A stretch of DNA of 64,000 bases from an uncultured Pseudomonadota bacterium (GTDB lineage Bacteria; Oederibacteriota; Muellerivitia; Muellerivitales; Muellerivitaceae), in contig CAWIIP010000004.1 of NCBI GenBank assembly GCA_963836235.1, positions 320,001-384,000 of the forward strand, given 5' to 3'. Shown here piece after piece: positions 1 through 9,900 of the stretch. The notes under the pieces were generated by a model. It was not told the origin of the DNA. It did no database searches and worked only from the letters and a program-made list of their open reading frames with translations. Within the stretch, counting starts at the first letter, position 1, and the number at the start of each line of letters is the position of its first letter. The position numbers were made by a program, and so were the translations under genes.

Positions 1-38
1 TGTTATAGCGAAAACTGGGATACTTTTGGCTCATCGGT

Positions 39-113
39 GCGGGAGTAATTCAGTGGTAGAATGCCACCCTTCCAAGGTGGACGTCGCCGGTTCGAATCCG
101 GTCTCCCGCTCCA
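39..113 (+). tRNA. tRNA-Gly (TCC)
   Basis: GCGGGAG/CTCCCGC acceptor stem, anticodon stem CCACC/GGTGG with loop CTTCCAA, GGTTCGAATCC T-arm, encoded CCA. Confidence 0.96.
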
Positions 114-190
114 TTATTTTTTAAGTCGAGGGATGAAACCTAAACCTTCCATAACTTGTTTCCCTTGTCAATCGATTGGAAATTGAAAAA

Positions 191-1996
191 ATGAAAGATA
201 CTTTCGCCACCAGTAACCCATCGGAAGCCATTCCAGGGAACCCGAATCCCGTTACAGAAATGAATACCTTCATGGATGACAGGGTTATCCTTTACGGGCA
301 TCCGGGTTTATGCCGTACTCCGGAAGAACTCCTTTCGAGCGACGGGTTTCAAATGATCCTGAAACATTTTCTGAAAAAAATGACCACCCAAGATTCTCCT
401 ATATTGAACTGTATCTCGTCCTTCAAGACGGGTGGCGAATACGACACCCCTAAATTGGCCGGGTTTTTGAAGGACCTTTTGACTAAGGATGTGCAGGAGA
501 CTGTTTTCGCCAATACCGACTTGGTCTTGTTGAAGGATTTCGTTGAAGAGCTCTACAGCTATTGGCGCCGCCGTGAACGCTTCGTTATTTTCGACCGGGA
601 TGTGGAGGATGGCGGGATTGACCTGAAGGAATACCACCAAATCTTTGTCCGCGCTAATGAGGAATTTAAGAGTTTGGTGCTTGGTACTTACCGGCATATT
701 TCCGCCCATGTGGCGGGAGATTGGTTTAAGGTTTATCGCCAGTTGCCCGCAGGTGTTGGCGTTGGTTTCTTGGCTGAAAAAATAAGTTGGAAATTTCCTT
801 CAGAGACTTACCAAAAACTCAAGAACATCCCTTTCATCCGGCTGTCGCTCATCTATCCCCCTCTTATTTATTATACGAAGAGCAACAAACGCAAAGGCAA
901 GTTCAATCCTTTGGCCAAAAATCCGATGGAATCAGTCAAACTCGATTCCTCCCGCTGGCTTTGTTTCCCGGCCAAAATCGGAACCCTTATTGTCTTTATT
1001 TATTTTCATAAAGATTTCATTTCGCACGCGGCGGGCCTTTCCAACCTTTTCGAGTTAGCCAGCGCGCAGGAGATCGCGAACCACAAACCCGATGGAATCA
1101 TGTTGTTCGGAGTTGATCCGTTGCTGATGGACAATCAGTTGGTCGGCTATTACGAAGACATTGCCAGTGGAGTATTGGTGGGCGCTGTGGCCTACCAAAC
1201 CCCGGATGTGGATTACTTCGGGTATTTTAAAAAAATGGCCCTAACCATCCACAATTTGATCATGATCGAAAGAGGAAACCTTCCTATTCATGGCGCCATG
1301 GCTAAGATCGACTTAAAGTCGGGTAAAAGCGCCCATGTGGTAATCGTTGGCGATTCTGGAGCGGGGAAGTCCGAATCCTTAGAAGCCTTCCGAATTCTGG
1401 CCGACAAATATATTCGTCAATTGACGGTTATTTTTGATGACATGGGTTCATTAAGTATCAATCCGGATGGACAAGTGGTGGGGCGTGGGACCGAAGTGGG
1501 GGCTTTTGTCAGATTGGATGATTTGCATCCTGGCTATGCCTATACCGAAATTGACAGGTCCGTTTTCATGAATCCCCATTTAAATAATGCCCGATTGGTT
1601 ATGCCGATTACCGAATACCGTCATGTGGTCGCGGGTTACCCCGTGGATCTCTTTTTGTACGCGAACAATTACGACAACGTGGATGAGGAGCATACTCATT
1701 TAGAATTGATGACAGATGAGGCTGCTTCCTATGAAGTCTTTGCCAATGGAGCTCGCTTAGCAAAAGGAACCACCGATGAAAAAGGACTGGTTCACACTTA
1801 TTTCGCCAATCCTTTTGGGGCGCCACAGAAGAAAGATAAACACGAGCCTTTGGCCAAAAAATTCCTGGGTCAATTGTTAAAGAATGGGAAAAAAGTCGGC
1901 CAATTACGGACCCGTTTGGGGATTTCAGGTTTCGAAACCAAGGGCCCCGAAGAAGCTGCCCAGTCCCTATTCCAATACATCACCAAAAATCTTTAA
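191..1996 (+). CDS. Phosphoenolpyruvate carboxykinase-like P-loop protein
   Basis: ORF 176..1996 (ATG 191 or 260 are likelier starts); YFGYFKK, PIHGA, Walker A GDSGAGKSE and IFDDMG metal motif arranged as in the PEPCK fold. Confidence 0.65.
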   Translation: MKDTFATSNPSEAIPGNPNPVTEMNTFMDDRVILYGHPGLCRTPEELLSSDGFQMILKHFLKKMTTQDSPILNCISSFKTGGEYDTPKLAGFLKDLLTKDVQETVFANTDLVLLKDFVEELYSYWRRRERFVIFDRDVEDGGIDLKEYHQIFVRANEEFKSLVLGTYRHISAHVAGDWFKVYRQLPAGVGVGFLAEKISWKFPSETYQKLKNIPFIRLSLIYPPLIYYTKSNKRKGKFNPLAKNPMESVKLDSSRWLCFPAKIGTLIVFIYFHKDFISHAAGLSNLFELASAQEIANHKPDGIMLFGVDPLLMDNQLVGYYEDIASGVLVGAVAYQTPDVDYFGYFKKMALTIHNLIMIERGNLPIHGAMAKIDLKSGKSAHVVIVGDSGAGKSESLEAFRILADKYIRQLTVIFDDMGSLSINPDGQVVGRGTEVGAFVRLDDLHPGYAYTEIDRSVFMNPHLNNARLVMPITEYRHVVAGYPVDLFLYANNYDNVDEEHTHLELMTDEAASYEVFANGARLAKGTTDEKGLVHTYFANPFGAPQKKDKHEPLAKKFLGQLLKNGKKVGQLRTRLGISGFETKGPEEAAQSLFQYITKNL

Positions 1997-2097
1997 CCGC
2001 AATTGACAAGCTGACGGTCGTCATAAAGATCTCGGCTTCGGTTGGCTAGACTTCGTACTCGGATAAATCCGTAAAAATTCATTCTTGGAGGTGGGTT

Positions 2098-3501
2098 TTG
2101 AATTTTCGAATCGAACATGATTCCATCGGTGAGTTGAAAGTGCCCGAAGAGGCTTTGTGGGGAGTACAGGCCGAAAGGGCGGTTCAAAATTTTCCCATCA
2201 GCGGCATCAAACCCCATAGGGTGTTTATCCAAGCGACGGTTCATATCAAGAAAGCGGCGGCGAGATTTCACGCCGAGGTAGTGATGCTGGATAAGAAAAA
2301 GGCCGAAGCCATTGCCGCGGCCTCCGATGAAATTTTAAAGCAGGACAAATGGTTGGATCATTTCGTGGTGGACGTGTACCAAGCCGGCGCCGGTACCAGC
2401 CACAACATGAATACGAATGAGGTTTTGGCCAACCGAGCGATAGAGTTGTTAGGGGGGAAGCGGGGAGACTACAAACTTATCCACCCGAACGATATGGTGA
2501 ATATGGGCCAATCCACCAACGACGTGATTCCAACCGCTATCCGCCTCTCGGGACTCCTGCTAACTCGGGATTTTCTTCCCGTCCTTAAGAAATTAGCCTC
2601 TACTTTTCGAAATAAAGGGAAGGAATTTGGGAAAGTCTTTAAATCGGGACGCACGCACTTACAAGACGCGGCTCTTATGACATTAGGCCAGGAATTCAAT
2701 GCTTATGCCGAAAACCTGGAAAGGCATTGCCTGAGAATCGAAAGGGCGTCCGGGGATTTAACTGAACTCGGTATTGGCGGTTCGGCGGTGGGCACCGGAC
2801 TTAACACTCATAAGGATTATTGCAAGGGAATGGCTACGTTGCTTTCCGAACAGACGGGATTGCAATTGACGCCCCATCCCAACCTCTTTGAAGCGATGCA
2901 GAGTATGTCTCCCTTTGTATCCCTTTCCAATGCTTACCGGAACTTGGCCTTGGACTTGATTCGTATTGCCAACGATTTCCGCTTGATGACGAGTGGTCCG
3001 GCCACCGGTTTTGGGGAAATCCTTTTGCCGGTGATGCAGCCAGGATCGTCGATTATGCCTGGCAAGGTTAATCCGGTGATGGCTGAGTGCCTTAATATGG
3101 TTTGTTACCAGGTATTGGGACACGATACGACAGTTGCTTTTGCCGCCCAAGCGGGTCAAATGGAATTGAATGTGATGATGCCTGTTTTGGCCTATAACTT
3201 GAACCAGGAAATTACTCTTTTGACCAATATGCTCAAAGCCTTTGATGAAAAATGCGTTTCAGGTGTGAAAGCCGAAGAAGCCAGGTGCCGCTACTATGCG
3301 GATCAGAGTACTCAGGTGGCCACGGCCTTGAACCCTGTTATTGGATACGAGAAAGCGGCTGAAGTGGTAAAAGCCGCATTGAAAGAGGGGAAGACAGTTC
3401 GCCAGGTCGTTTTGGAGAAAAAAATATTGACCGAGGAAAAATATAATCAAGCGGTTCAATTGGAAAAAATAGTCGATCCGCACGGAAGGGCCGGGGAATG
3501 A
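2098..3501 (+). CDS. aspA: Aspartate ammonia-lyase / class II fumarase family, AspA-like
   Basis: GSSIMPGKVNP signature, KSGRTHLQDA, QSTND; GAGTS and KVNPVxxE are AspA-like rather than FumC-like; TTG start after GGAGGTG. Confidence 0.75.
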   Translation: MNFRIEHDSIGELKVPEEALWGVQAERAVQNFPISGIKPHRVFIQATVHIKKAAARFHAEVVMLDKKKAEAIAAASDEILKQDKWLDHFVVDVYQAGAGTSHNMNTNEVLANRAIELLGGKRGDYKLIHPNDMVNMGQSTNDVIPTAIRLSGLLLTRDFLPVLKKLASTFRNKGKEFGKVFKSGRTHLQDAALMTLGQEFNAYAENLERHCLRIERASGDLTELGIGGSAVGTGLNTHKDYCKGMATLLSEQTGLQLTPHPNLFEAMQSMSPFVSLSNAYRNLALDLIRIANDFRLMTSGPATGFGEILLPVMQPGSSIMPGKVNPVMAECLNMVCYQVLGHDTTVAFAAQAGQMELNVMMPVLAYNLNQEITLLTNMLKAFDEKCVSGVKAEEARCRYYADQSTQVATALNPVIGYEKAAEVVKAALKEGKTVRQVVLEKKILTEEKYNQAVQLEKIVDPHGRAGE

Positions 3502-3586
3502 CGGAGTATATTTTGATGTTACCTTCTAATGGGGGATGGTGTTATCCGAAAGCGGGAAAAACGGCCTGAAATATAGCCATTTCTCC

Positions 3587-3614
3587 TTGACAGGTAACCT
3601 TTCAAACGTACAAT
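3587..3614 (+). promoter_or_regulatory. Sigma70-type promoter for tRNA-Thr-tuf operon
   Basis: TTGACA-16 nt-TACAAT, 23 nt upstream of tRNA-Thr. Confidence 0.75.
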
Positions 3615-3637
3615 ACCTTACTCTTGTATGACCCCCC

Positions 3638-3713
<76 letters not shown>

Positions 3714-3759
3714 TGTTATGTGGTAACCCAAAGTTTATATTTTTTTGGAGGAACGGAAG

Positions 3760-4950
3760 ATGTCAAAAGAGAAATTCGTACGCAATAAGCCGCACGTGAA
3801 TATTGGGACGATCGGGCACGTCGATCATGGAAAGACGACGCTGACGGCGGCAATCACGACAGTTTTGGCGAAGAAGGGTTGGGCGACCGCGAAGGGATAT
3901 GCGGACATCGATAACGCCCCGGAAGAAAGGGAGCGTGGAGTTACCATTAATACCTCGCACGTGGAGTACCAAACAGCAAATAGACATTACGCCCACGTGG
4001 ACTGTCCAGGGCACGCGGACTATATCAAGAACATGGTGACGGGAGCGGCGCAGATGGACGGTGCGATTCTGGTGGTCTCGGCCGCCGATGGCCCGATGCC
4101 GCAGACAAGGGAACACATTTTGCTGGCCCGCCAGGTAGGGGTACCATTTATGGTTGTTTTCCTGAACAAGTGCGACATGGTGGATGATAAAGAACTGTTG
4201 GAATTGGTGGAAGTTGAAGTGCGTGAACTCTTGACCAAGTATGGATTCCCTGGAGACAAGACGCCGGTGATTAAAGGCTCGGCGACGAAGGCCTTGGAAG
4301 GGGATACTAGTGAGCTTGGGGAACCAGCGATTTTCAAATTGATGGAAGCGGTAGATGCCTATATTCCCGAGCCAAAGAGAGATGTGGACAAGGACTTCCT
4401 GATGGCGGTGGAGGACGTGTTCCTGATCACTGGCCGTGGAACGGTAGCGACGGGTCGTGTTGAAAGAGGCCGGGTGAAGGTTGGGGAAGCGGTGGAGATT
4501 GTCGGGATCAAGCCGACGAAGGACACGGTTGTGACGGGTGTTGAAATGTTCCGCAAATTGCTGGATGAAGCCCAAGCGGGAGACAACATCGGCGTACTCT
4601 TAAGAGGTGTGGAGAAGAAGGATATTGAGCGGGGACAGGTTTTGGCCAAGCCCAAGAGCATCCTGCCGCACGCGAAGTTCAAGGGAGAGGTTTACGTGTT
4701 GACGAAAGAGGAAGGCGGGAGGCATACGCCGTTTTTCAACGGGTACAAGCCGCAATTCTTCTTCCGTACGACGGACGTGACGGGATCGGTGCAACTGCCG
4801 CAAGGGGTGGAGATGTGCATGCCGGGGGACAATATCACGATGGACATCGAGTTGATCGTGCCGGTGGCGATGGAAAAAGAGCTGAGGTTCGCGATCCGAG
4901 AAGGCGGCCACACGGTAGGCGCCGGCGTCGTAACCCAGATCGTTGAATAA
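3760..4950 (+). CDS. tuf: Elongation factor Tu
   Basis: MSKEKF..., [21 protein letters not shown]; RBS GGAGG before ATG 3760. Confidence 0.99.
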   Translation: MSKEKFVRNKPHVNIGTIGHVDHGKTTLTAAITTVLAKKGWATAKGYADIDNAPEERERGVTINTSHVEYQTANRHYAHVDCPGHADYIKNMVTGAAQMDGAILVVSAADGPMPQTREHILLARQVGVPFMVVFLNKCDMVDDKELLELVEVEVRELLTKYGFPGDKTPVIKGSATKALEGDTSELGEPAIFKLMEAVDAYIPEPKRDVDKDFLMAVEDVFLITGRGTVATGRVERGRVKVGEAVEIVGIKPTKDTVVTGVEMFRKLLDEAQAGDNIGVLLRGVEKKDIERGQVLAKPKSILPHAKFKGEVYVLTKEEGGRHTPFFNGYKPQFFFRTTDVTGSVQLPQGVEMCMPGDNITMDIELIVPVAMEKELRFAIREGGHTVGAGVVTQIVE

Positions 4951-4973
4951 AGAAACCGAAGGAATAGACACCC

Positions 4974-5123
4974 ATGCGTGAACAAATTACATTGGCTTGT
5001 TCGGACTGCAAACGCCGCAATTACCATAAGACGCGGGATAAAAGGAAGACTCCGGATAAGCTGGAGGTCAAGAAGTACTGTCGGTGGTGCCGCAAGCACA
5101 CCTTGCATAAGGAAACCAAATAA
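4974..5123 (+). CDS. rpmG: 50S ribosomal protein L33 (zinc-binding C+ form)
   Basis: Not in ORF track; manual translation [49 protein letters not shown] (49 aa) with two CxxC. Confidence 0.96.
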   Translation: MREQITLACSDCKRRNYHKTRDKRKTPDKLEVKKYCRWCRKHTLHKETK

Positions 5124-5136
5124 GCCGAAATTTCTT

Positions 5137-5212
5137 AGGGCAGTAGCTCTAATGGTAGAGCGGCGGTCTCCAAAACCGCGCGTTGAAGGTTCGAATCCTT
5201 CCTGCCCTGCCA
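5137..5212 (+). tRNA. tRNA-Trp (CCA)
   Basis: AGGGCAG/CTGCCCT acceptor stem, anticodon loop CTCCAAA, T-arm GGTTCGAATCC, CCA; canonical rpmG-trnW-secE position. Confidence 0.96.
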
Positions 5213-5296
5213 GCTATGTAAATTATTAAATTGAGCAGGAAGCCAATGGCCGCCCTGCCATTGGGATGAAAGAACAGACGGTTAAAAAGGTGAGGA

Positions 5297-5491
5297 ATGT
5301 TCGAGAACTTAAAGGTTTTTTTCGCGGAAGCGAAGTCGGAATTTAAGAAAATCTCTTGGCCCAATTGGGATGAGATCAAAGGCTCCACGGCCGTGGTTTG
5401 CGTCACGATCATTTTTTTGATGGTTGTGCTATTTACATATGACACTGTTATTGAGCCTTGTGTTAATTTTGTTATGAGAGTTCCTAAGTAA
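5297..5491 (+). CDS. secE: Preprotein translocase subunit SecE
   Basis: EFKKISWP motif plus single TM helix, upstream of nusG. Confidence 0.93.
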   Translation: MFENLKVFFAEAKSEFKKISWPNWDEIKGSTAVVCVTIIFLMVVLFTYDTVIEPCVNFVMRVPK

Positions 5492-5508
5492 ATTAAAGAG
5501 AGGTAGTC

Positions 5509-6045
5509 TTGCAAATGTCCAAGCGCTGGTACGTGATCAATACTTATTCCGGGTATGAGGCCAAGGTGAAGACCAACCTGGAAAATCGGATTAAGAGCAT
5601 GAAAATGGAAGACAAGATCTTCCAGATCCTGATCCCCTCGGAGGAAGTCACCGAGACCCGTGCCGGCAAGAAACGCATCACGAATAAGAAATTTTTCCCC
5701 GGATATATTCTGGTGGAAATGGATATGGATGAGAATTCCTGGTCGGTCGTCCGCAACACCCCTAAGGTAACTAGTTTCGTGGGGTCGGGTAATAAGCCCA
5801 TTCCGCTTCCTGACGAGGAAGTGACGGCTATCTTGGAACACATTGGCAAGCGTCGTGAGCGCAGGGCCTTGAAGAGCCAATTTGATAAGGGTGATTTAGT
5901 AAAGGTGATGGATGGACCTTTCGCGAATTTCTCGGGTTCGGTTGAGGAAATCAACCCGGAGCGTGAGAGGGTGAAGGTCATGGTGACCATCTTTGGCCGG
6001 CAGACGCCGGTGGAACTGGAATTCCATCAAATCGAAAAAGAATAG
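5509..6045 (+). CDS. nusG: Transcription termination/antitermination factor NusG
   Basis: [24 protein letters not shown] motif [18 protein letters not shown]. Confidence 0.98.
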   Translation: MQMSKRWYVINTYSGYEAKVKTNLENRIKSMKMEDKIFQILIPSEEVTETRAGKKRITNKKFFPGYILVEMDMDENSWSVVRNTPKVTSFVGSGNKPIPLPDEEVTAILEHIGKRRERRALKSQFDKGDLVKVMDGPFANFSGSVEEINPERERVKVMVTIFGRQTPVELEFHQIEKE

Positions 6046-6086
6046 CTTGCTTTTAAGAAGCAAGTAGAAGGAATAAGGAAAAGGTT

Positions 6087-6512
6087 ATGGCAAAAGAATT
6101 AAACGCGATGGTAAAGCTTCAAATCCCGGCCGGTAAGGCGAATCCGGCTCCTCCCGTTGGCCCGGCTTTGGGCCAGCACGGTGTCAATATCATGGAGTTC
6201 TGCAAGCAATTCAACGCGGCAACCCAAAAGCAGGACGGCTTGATCATTCCGGTGGTTATCTCTATCTATAAGGATCGTTCCTTTACTTTTATCACCAAGA
6301 CGCCCCCGGCTTCCGTTCTCTTGTTGAAGGCGGCGGGATTGGCTAAGGGGTCGCCGGTCCCCAACAAGCAAAAAGTCGCGAAAGTGACTTTGAAGCAGGT
6401 TGAGGAAATCGCAAGAACTAAAATGCCGGATTTAAACGCGCAAAAGCTGGACTCCGCCATGCGAATGGTGGAAGGAACGGCTCGCAGCATGGGAATCGAA
6501 ATTCAAAGGTAA
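6087..6512 (+). CDS. rplK: 50S ribosomal protein L11
   Basis: [31 protein letters not shown]. Confidence 0.99.
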   Translation: MAKELNAMVKLQIPAGKANPAPPVGPALGQHGVNIMEFCKQFNAATQKQDGLIIPVVISIYKDRSFTFITKTPPASVLLLKAAGLAKGSPVPNKQKVAKVTLKQVEEIARTKMPDLNAQKLDSAMRMVEGTARSMGIEIQR

Positions 6513-6542
6513 CCTTCGGGTTTCTTTTGGTTTAAAATAACT

Positions 6543-6580
6543 GTGGGAGCTTCATCGATAGGGTGGGGCGCTTGAACCAC
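6543..6580 (+). promoter_or_regulatory. Putative L1-binding autoregulatory RNA site upstream of rplA
   Basis: GTGGGAG...GAACCAC closing stem directly before the rplA RBS, matching the L1-binding leader pattern. Confidence 0.6.
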
Positions 6581-6591
6581 GGGAGGAAAAT

Positions 6592-7302
6592 ATGGCTAAG
6601 AAGGCAAGCAAAAGGCATCGCAAGAATGTCGAGTTGGTGGATAAAACCAAGTCTTATGTCCTGACCGAAGCGGTCGGGCTCCTCAAGAAGGCGGCTCCCG
6701 CCAAGTTCAATGAGACGGTCGAGCTTCATATCAAGCTCGGAGTGGATCCCAAGAAAGCCGACCAACAGGTTCGCGGCACGGTTTCCCTTCCTCACGGCAC
6801 AGGTAAAACTCTCAAAGTCGCGGTTTTGGCCAAGGGTGAAAAAATTAAAGAAGCCGAAGCGGCCGGCGCTGATTTTGCTGGTGACACCGATTTAATTGAA
6901 AAAATCGCGGGTGGTTTCCTGGATTTCGACGTCTTGGTGGCTACGCCCGATATCATGCGTGAAACCGGTAAATTGGGTAAGGTGTTGGGCCCCAAGGGTC
7001 TGATGCCCAATCCGAAAGCTGGAACGGTGACTCCCAACGTGGCCCAAGCGGTCAAGGAAATCAAAGCTGGTAAGATCGAATATCGTGTGGATGACCAAGG
7101 AATTTGCCACGCCGGAGTCGGTAAAATTAAGTTCGAAGAGAAGCAGATCCTGGAAAATGCCCAGGCCCTGATCAGAACCCTGGTGTCAGTAAAACCCGCC
7201 TCGGCTAAGGGGACCTACTTGATTTCGGCCCATTTGACATCAAGTATGGGTCCTGGAATTAAAGTGGACACTGGGGAGTTTACAAAAACCGTAGCAAAGT
7301 GA
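6592..7302 (+). CDS. rplA: 50S ribosomal protein L1
   Basis: [28 protein letters not shown]. Confidence 0.99.
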   Translation: MAKKASKRHRKNVELVDKTKSYVLTEAVGLLKKAAPAKFNETVELHIKLGVDPKKADQQVRGTVSLPHGTGKTLKVAVLAKGEKIKEAEAAGADFAGDTDLIEKIAGGFLDFDVLVATPDIMRETGKLGKVLGPKGLMPNPKAGTVTPNVAQAVKEIKAGKIEYRVDDQGICHAGVGKIKFEEKQILENAQALIRTLVSVKPASAKGTYLISAHLTSSMGPGIKVDTGEFTKTVAK

Positions 7303-7310
7303 TAGTATTC

Positions 7311-7343
7311 AACGCTCCCCGACCTTCGGGTTGGGGCGTTTCT
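7311..7343 (+). terminator. Hairpin/terminator after rplA
   Basis: AACGCTCCCCGACC-TTCG-GGTTGGGGCGTT followed by a short T run. Confidence 0.55.
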
Positions 7344-7354
7344 GTGGCAGTGAA

Positions 7355-7476
7355 GTAGTCTAAGACAGCGGGCGTCCTGAAAGGGACTTAATGCAAGCCC
7401 GCCGAGACGAATCGGAAGATAAAGAGTATTCCAATACCCTTCATCCGGTCGTTTCGGATGAGGGGTTTTTCTTTTT
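7355..7476 (+). promoter_or_regulatory. L10 leader with attenuator-type terminator
   Basis: AAGACAGCGGG...TTAA...CCCGCCGAG core, then ACCCTTCATCCG/CGGATGAGGGGT hairpin plus T-tract upstream of rplJ. Confidence 0.8.
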
Positions 7477-7560
7477 GCGGCCTTGGATTTGATGAAGCGA
7501 ATCCGGTCCAAAATTCCCTTATCCCAAGTTTGAAAATTGATTCGAGAGGTGGTGATTTTT

Positions 7561-8106
7561 TTGACAGAACATAAGAAGCGCGAACCAAAGGCGGAAAAGG
7601 TTCAAGTGGTGGAAGATTTCACCAAGAGGGTCCAGGCGTCTAAATCAGCGGTCATCACGGGTTACACCGGGTTGACGGTGGAGGAAGTCACGGACTTACG
7701 CGCCAAGCTCTTTCATGCCAAGGTGGAATACCATGTCGTGAAAAACAACCTGGCCCGTATCGCCTTGAACCAGTGCAATATCACGGTTCTCGACGATCTC
7801 TTGACCGGCCCCACGGCCATCGCTTTGGCGATGGAAGACGCGGTGGCTCCGGCACGAGTTCTTTCCAAGTTCGCTAAGGACCACGAAAAGTTGTCCGTCA
7901 AGGGCGGATGGATGGAAGGGAAGAAGATCACTGTTCAGGATATCAAGGCCTTGGCTAATTTGCCGAGCCGCGAAGTCCTGTTGGCGAAAGCCTTGGGCAG
8001 CATGAAGTCGCCCATTTCAGGAATTGTCCGGGTTTTGGCCGGTCCCGCAAGCAAATTGGTTTATGCCCTCAATGCCGTCGCTCAGGCGAAGGAAAAAACA
8101 GCCTGA
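7561..8106 (+). CDS. rplJ: 50S ribosomal protein L10
   Basis: YTGLTV..LR, VVKNNL, LTGPTA, LPSREVLLA; TTG start after GAGGTGGTG. Confidence 0.97.
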   Translation: MTEHKKREPKAEKVQVVEDFTKRVQASKSAVITGYTGLTVEEVTDLRAKLFHAKVEYHVVKNNLARIALNQCNITVLDDLLTGPTAIALAMEDAVAPARVLSKFAKDHEKLSVKGGWMEGKKITVQDIKALANLPSREVLLAKALGSMKSPISGIVRVLAGPASKLVYALNAVAQAKEKTA

Positions 8107-8172
8107 TCTTAATCACCCACTCTGGCTTTTTTGGCCGGATACAAGAAAAATAAAATTTGGAGGAAGTTTCAA

Positions 8173-8550
8173 ATGCCTACTTTAACGAAAGATGAGTTTA
8201 TCGCCGCCATCGAGCAAATGAGCGTTCTGGACTTGAACGAACTCGTGAAAGCCCTCGAGACCAAGTTTGGCGTGTCTGCCGCCGCTCCCGTAGCTGTTGC
8301 CGCTGGTGGAGCCGCTGCCGCCGCTGTCGAGGAAAAGACCTCGTTCGACGTGAATTTGAAGACGGTCGATGCCGCCAAGAAAATCAACGTCATTAAGGTC
8401 GTCCGCGAAGTCACTGGATTGGGCTTGAAGGAAGCCAAGGATTTGGTCGATGGAGCCCCGAAACCCATCAAGACCGGCGTTTCCAAGGCTGAGGCCGATG
8501 GAATCGTCGCCAAGTTCAAGGATTCCGGCGCCGAAGTCGAAATCAAGTAA
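8173..8550 (+). CDS. rplL: 50S ribosomal protein L7/L12
   Basis: FGVSAAAP hinge, [19 protein letters not shown]; ATG 8173 after GGAGG. Confidence 0.98.
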   Translation: MPTLTKDEFIAAIEQMSVLDLNELVKALETKFGVSAAAPVAVAAGGAAAAAVEEKTSFDVNLKTVDAAKKINVIKVVREVTGLGLKEAKDLVDGAPKPIKTGVSKAEADGIVAKFKDSGAEVEIK

Positions 8551-8560
8551 GAAGCTTTTT

Positions 8561-8601
8561 AAAGCCCTGTTCCGCGAGAGCGGGGCAGGGCTTTTTGTTT
8601 T
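8561..8601 (+). terminator. Rho-independent terminator after rplL
   Basis: AAAGCCCTGTTCCGC-GAGA-GCGGGGCAGGGCTTT followed by TTGTTTT. Confidence 0.88.
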
Positions 8602-8703
8602 CCGGCCCCGGGGGTTTAAGGGGCAGCGCCCCTTAGGTTTTTGAGTGGGGTTCACAGGGGGAAACTCCACTGTGAGCGGAGCGGGGCAGGGCTTTTTTGT
8701 TTT
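8578..8703. repeat. Direct repeat (24-25 bp) flanking two REP-like hairpins
   Basis: GAGCGGGGCAGGGCTTTTT(T)GTTTT at 8578-8601 and 8679-8703; internal GGGGTT-led hairpins TAAGGGGC-AGC-GCCCCTTA and TCACAG...CTGTGA. Confidence 0.8.
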
Positions 8704-8761
8704 GTGGTCTTGTTAAAAAAGGTAACATAGGCCACCCTTACAAAAACGGGGAGGTAAAATC

Positions 8762-9253
8762 ATGGAAGACGCTCTCTTAAAACAAATCCGTAAAAATTTC
8801 GAATACGATTATTGGGCTAACGACCAATACCTAAAGGCCCTTTTGGTAATGCCCCAGCCGCCTGAAAAGGCCGTTAAAATGTTCGCTCACATCTTATTCG
8901 CGTTGGACGTTTGGCTGGCCCGGTTGATGAAGGAGGACCTTTCCCAATTCACCGACCCTAACCCTTCCTACACACTGGCTGAATGCCGTAAAAAATTGGA
9001 CGACCTTCATGAAAAATGGAAAGGGTATTTGTCGTCTTTGGCGCCGGAGGAGTTGACGGGAAAGTTCTCCGCCCCAAACACTCAGGGAAAACTTTCCGAG
9101 CACATGGTTCAAAACGTTCTGTTTCAGGTAATCACCCATTCGCACTATCATCGCGGCCAATTGGCGCCTCTCGTGCACCAGGGAGGGGGCAAACGCCCCG
9201 GGACCGATTACATCGGTTATGCCTACGCGATCGGAGAGTCCAAATTCGTATGA
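8762..9253 (+). CDS. DinB/YfiT-like family protein
   Basis: YDYWAN, HILFALDVW and HSHYHRGQ histidine pattern; GGGAGG RBS. Confidence 0.85.
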   Translation: MEDALLKQIRKNFEYDYWANDQYLKALLVMPQPPEKAVKMFAHILFALDVWLARLMKEDLSQFTDPNPSYTLAECRKKLDDLHEKWKGYLSSLAPEELTGKFSAPNTQGKLSEHMVQNVLFQVITHSHYHRGQLAPLVHQGGGKRPGTDYIGYAYAIGESKFV

Positions 9254-9900
9254 ACAAAGGCCTGTTTATTACATTCGAAGGCACGGAAGGTTCCGGTAAA
9301 AGCACCCAGTTGCACCTGCTGGCCGCCGTCCTCAAGGAATACCGAATCCCCCACATTGTTACACGTGAGCCAGGTGGATCGAGCTTGAGCACCCAGTTGC
9401 GGCATTGGATTCTGAACAAACTGGAATACAACCTGATGCCTCGTACTGAATTGTTATTGTTCCTGGCGGACCGGGCTCAGCACGTGGGAGAAGTGATCGA
9501 ACCCGCCTTGAAACAGGGAAAAGTGGTCCTTTGCGACCGTTACTCCGATTCCACCTTGGCCTACCAAGGCGGGGGCCGGGGTTTCCAGATGAAGTTATTA
9601 AAAACACTGAATCAAACCGCGAGCGAATTAAAGCCGGACTTGACCCTTCTTTTCGACTTGCCGGTGGAAGTAGGACTCAGGCGGGCACTGGGTCGAGGCA
9701 AGGGGAAGGACCGCATGGAAAGCGAGGGCCTGAGATTCCACCGGGCGGTCCGCCGGGTTTACTTGGAAACCGCCCGCAAGGAAAAGGGCCGGTTTATTGT
9801 CGTTAACGCCAACCAAAGCCGGGAATTCGCGTACCAGGAAATGTTGGAAGGCTTGATTGACCGGCTGCCTTTGCGAAAAAAAGGCGGGCAACGTGGCTGA
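9250..9900 (+). CDS. tmk: Thymidylate kinase
   Basis: FITFEGTEGSGKSTQ, TREPGG, DRYSDSTLAYQG; start ATG 9250 overlaps DinB stop. Confidence 0.97.
   Translation: MNKGLFITFEGTEGSGKSTQLHLLAAVLKEYRIPHIVTREPGGSSLSTQLRHWILNKLEYNLMPRTELLLFLADRAQHVGEVIEPALKQGKVVLCDRYSDSTLAYQGGGRGFQMKLLKTLNQTASELKPDLTLLFDLPVEVGLRRALGRGKGKDRMESEGLRFHRAVRRVYLETARKEKGRFIVVNANQSREFAYQEMLEGLIDRLPLRKKGGQRG

Noticed and set aside
2003-2030. Promoter for the AspA-like gene
   Set aside because: TTGACA is present but there is no convincing -10 at 16-18 nt spacing
114-3637. Integrative element at tRNA-Gly
   Set aside because: No integrase and no duplicated tRNA 3' end seen; the genes are metabolic
4978-5229. 83-aa ORF in track
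   Set aside because: Out-of-frame shadow over rpmG (4974-5123) and tRNA-Trp
3763-5880. Long antisense ORFs (3763..4575, 5149..5880)
   Set aside because: Antisense to tuf and secE/nusG; typical codon-bias shadows without motifs
9016-9249. N-terminal extensions of tmk (and likewise trpB from 18350, GT4 from 61009)
   Set aside because: They overlap upstream genes or promoters; downstream starts with coupling or an RBS fit family lengths
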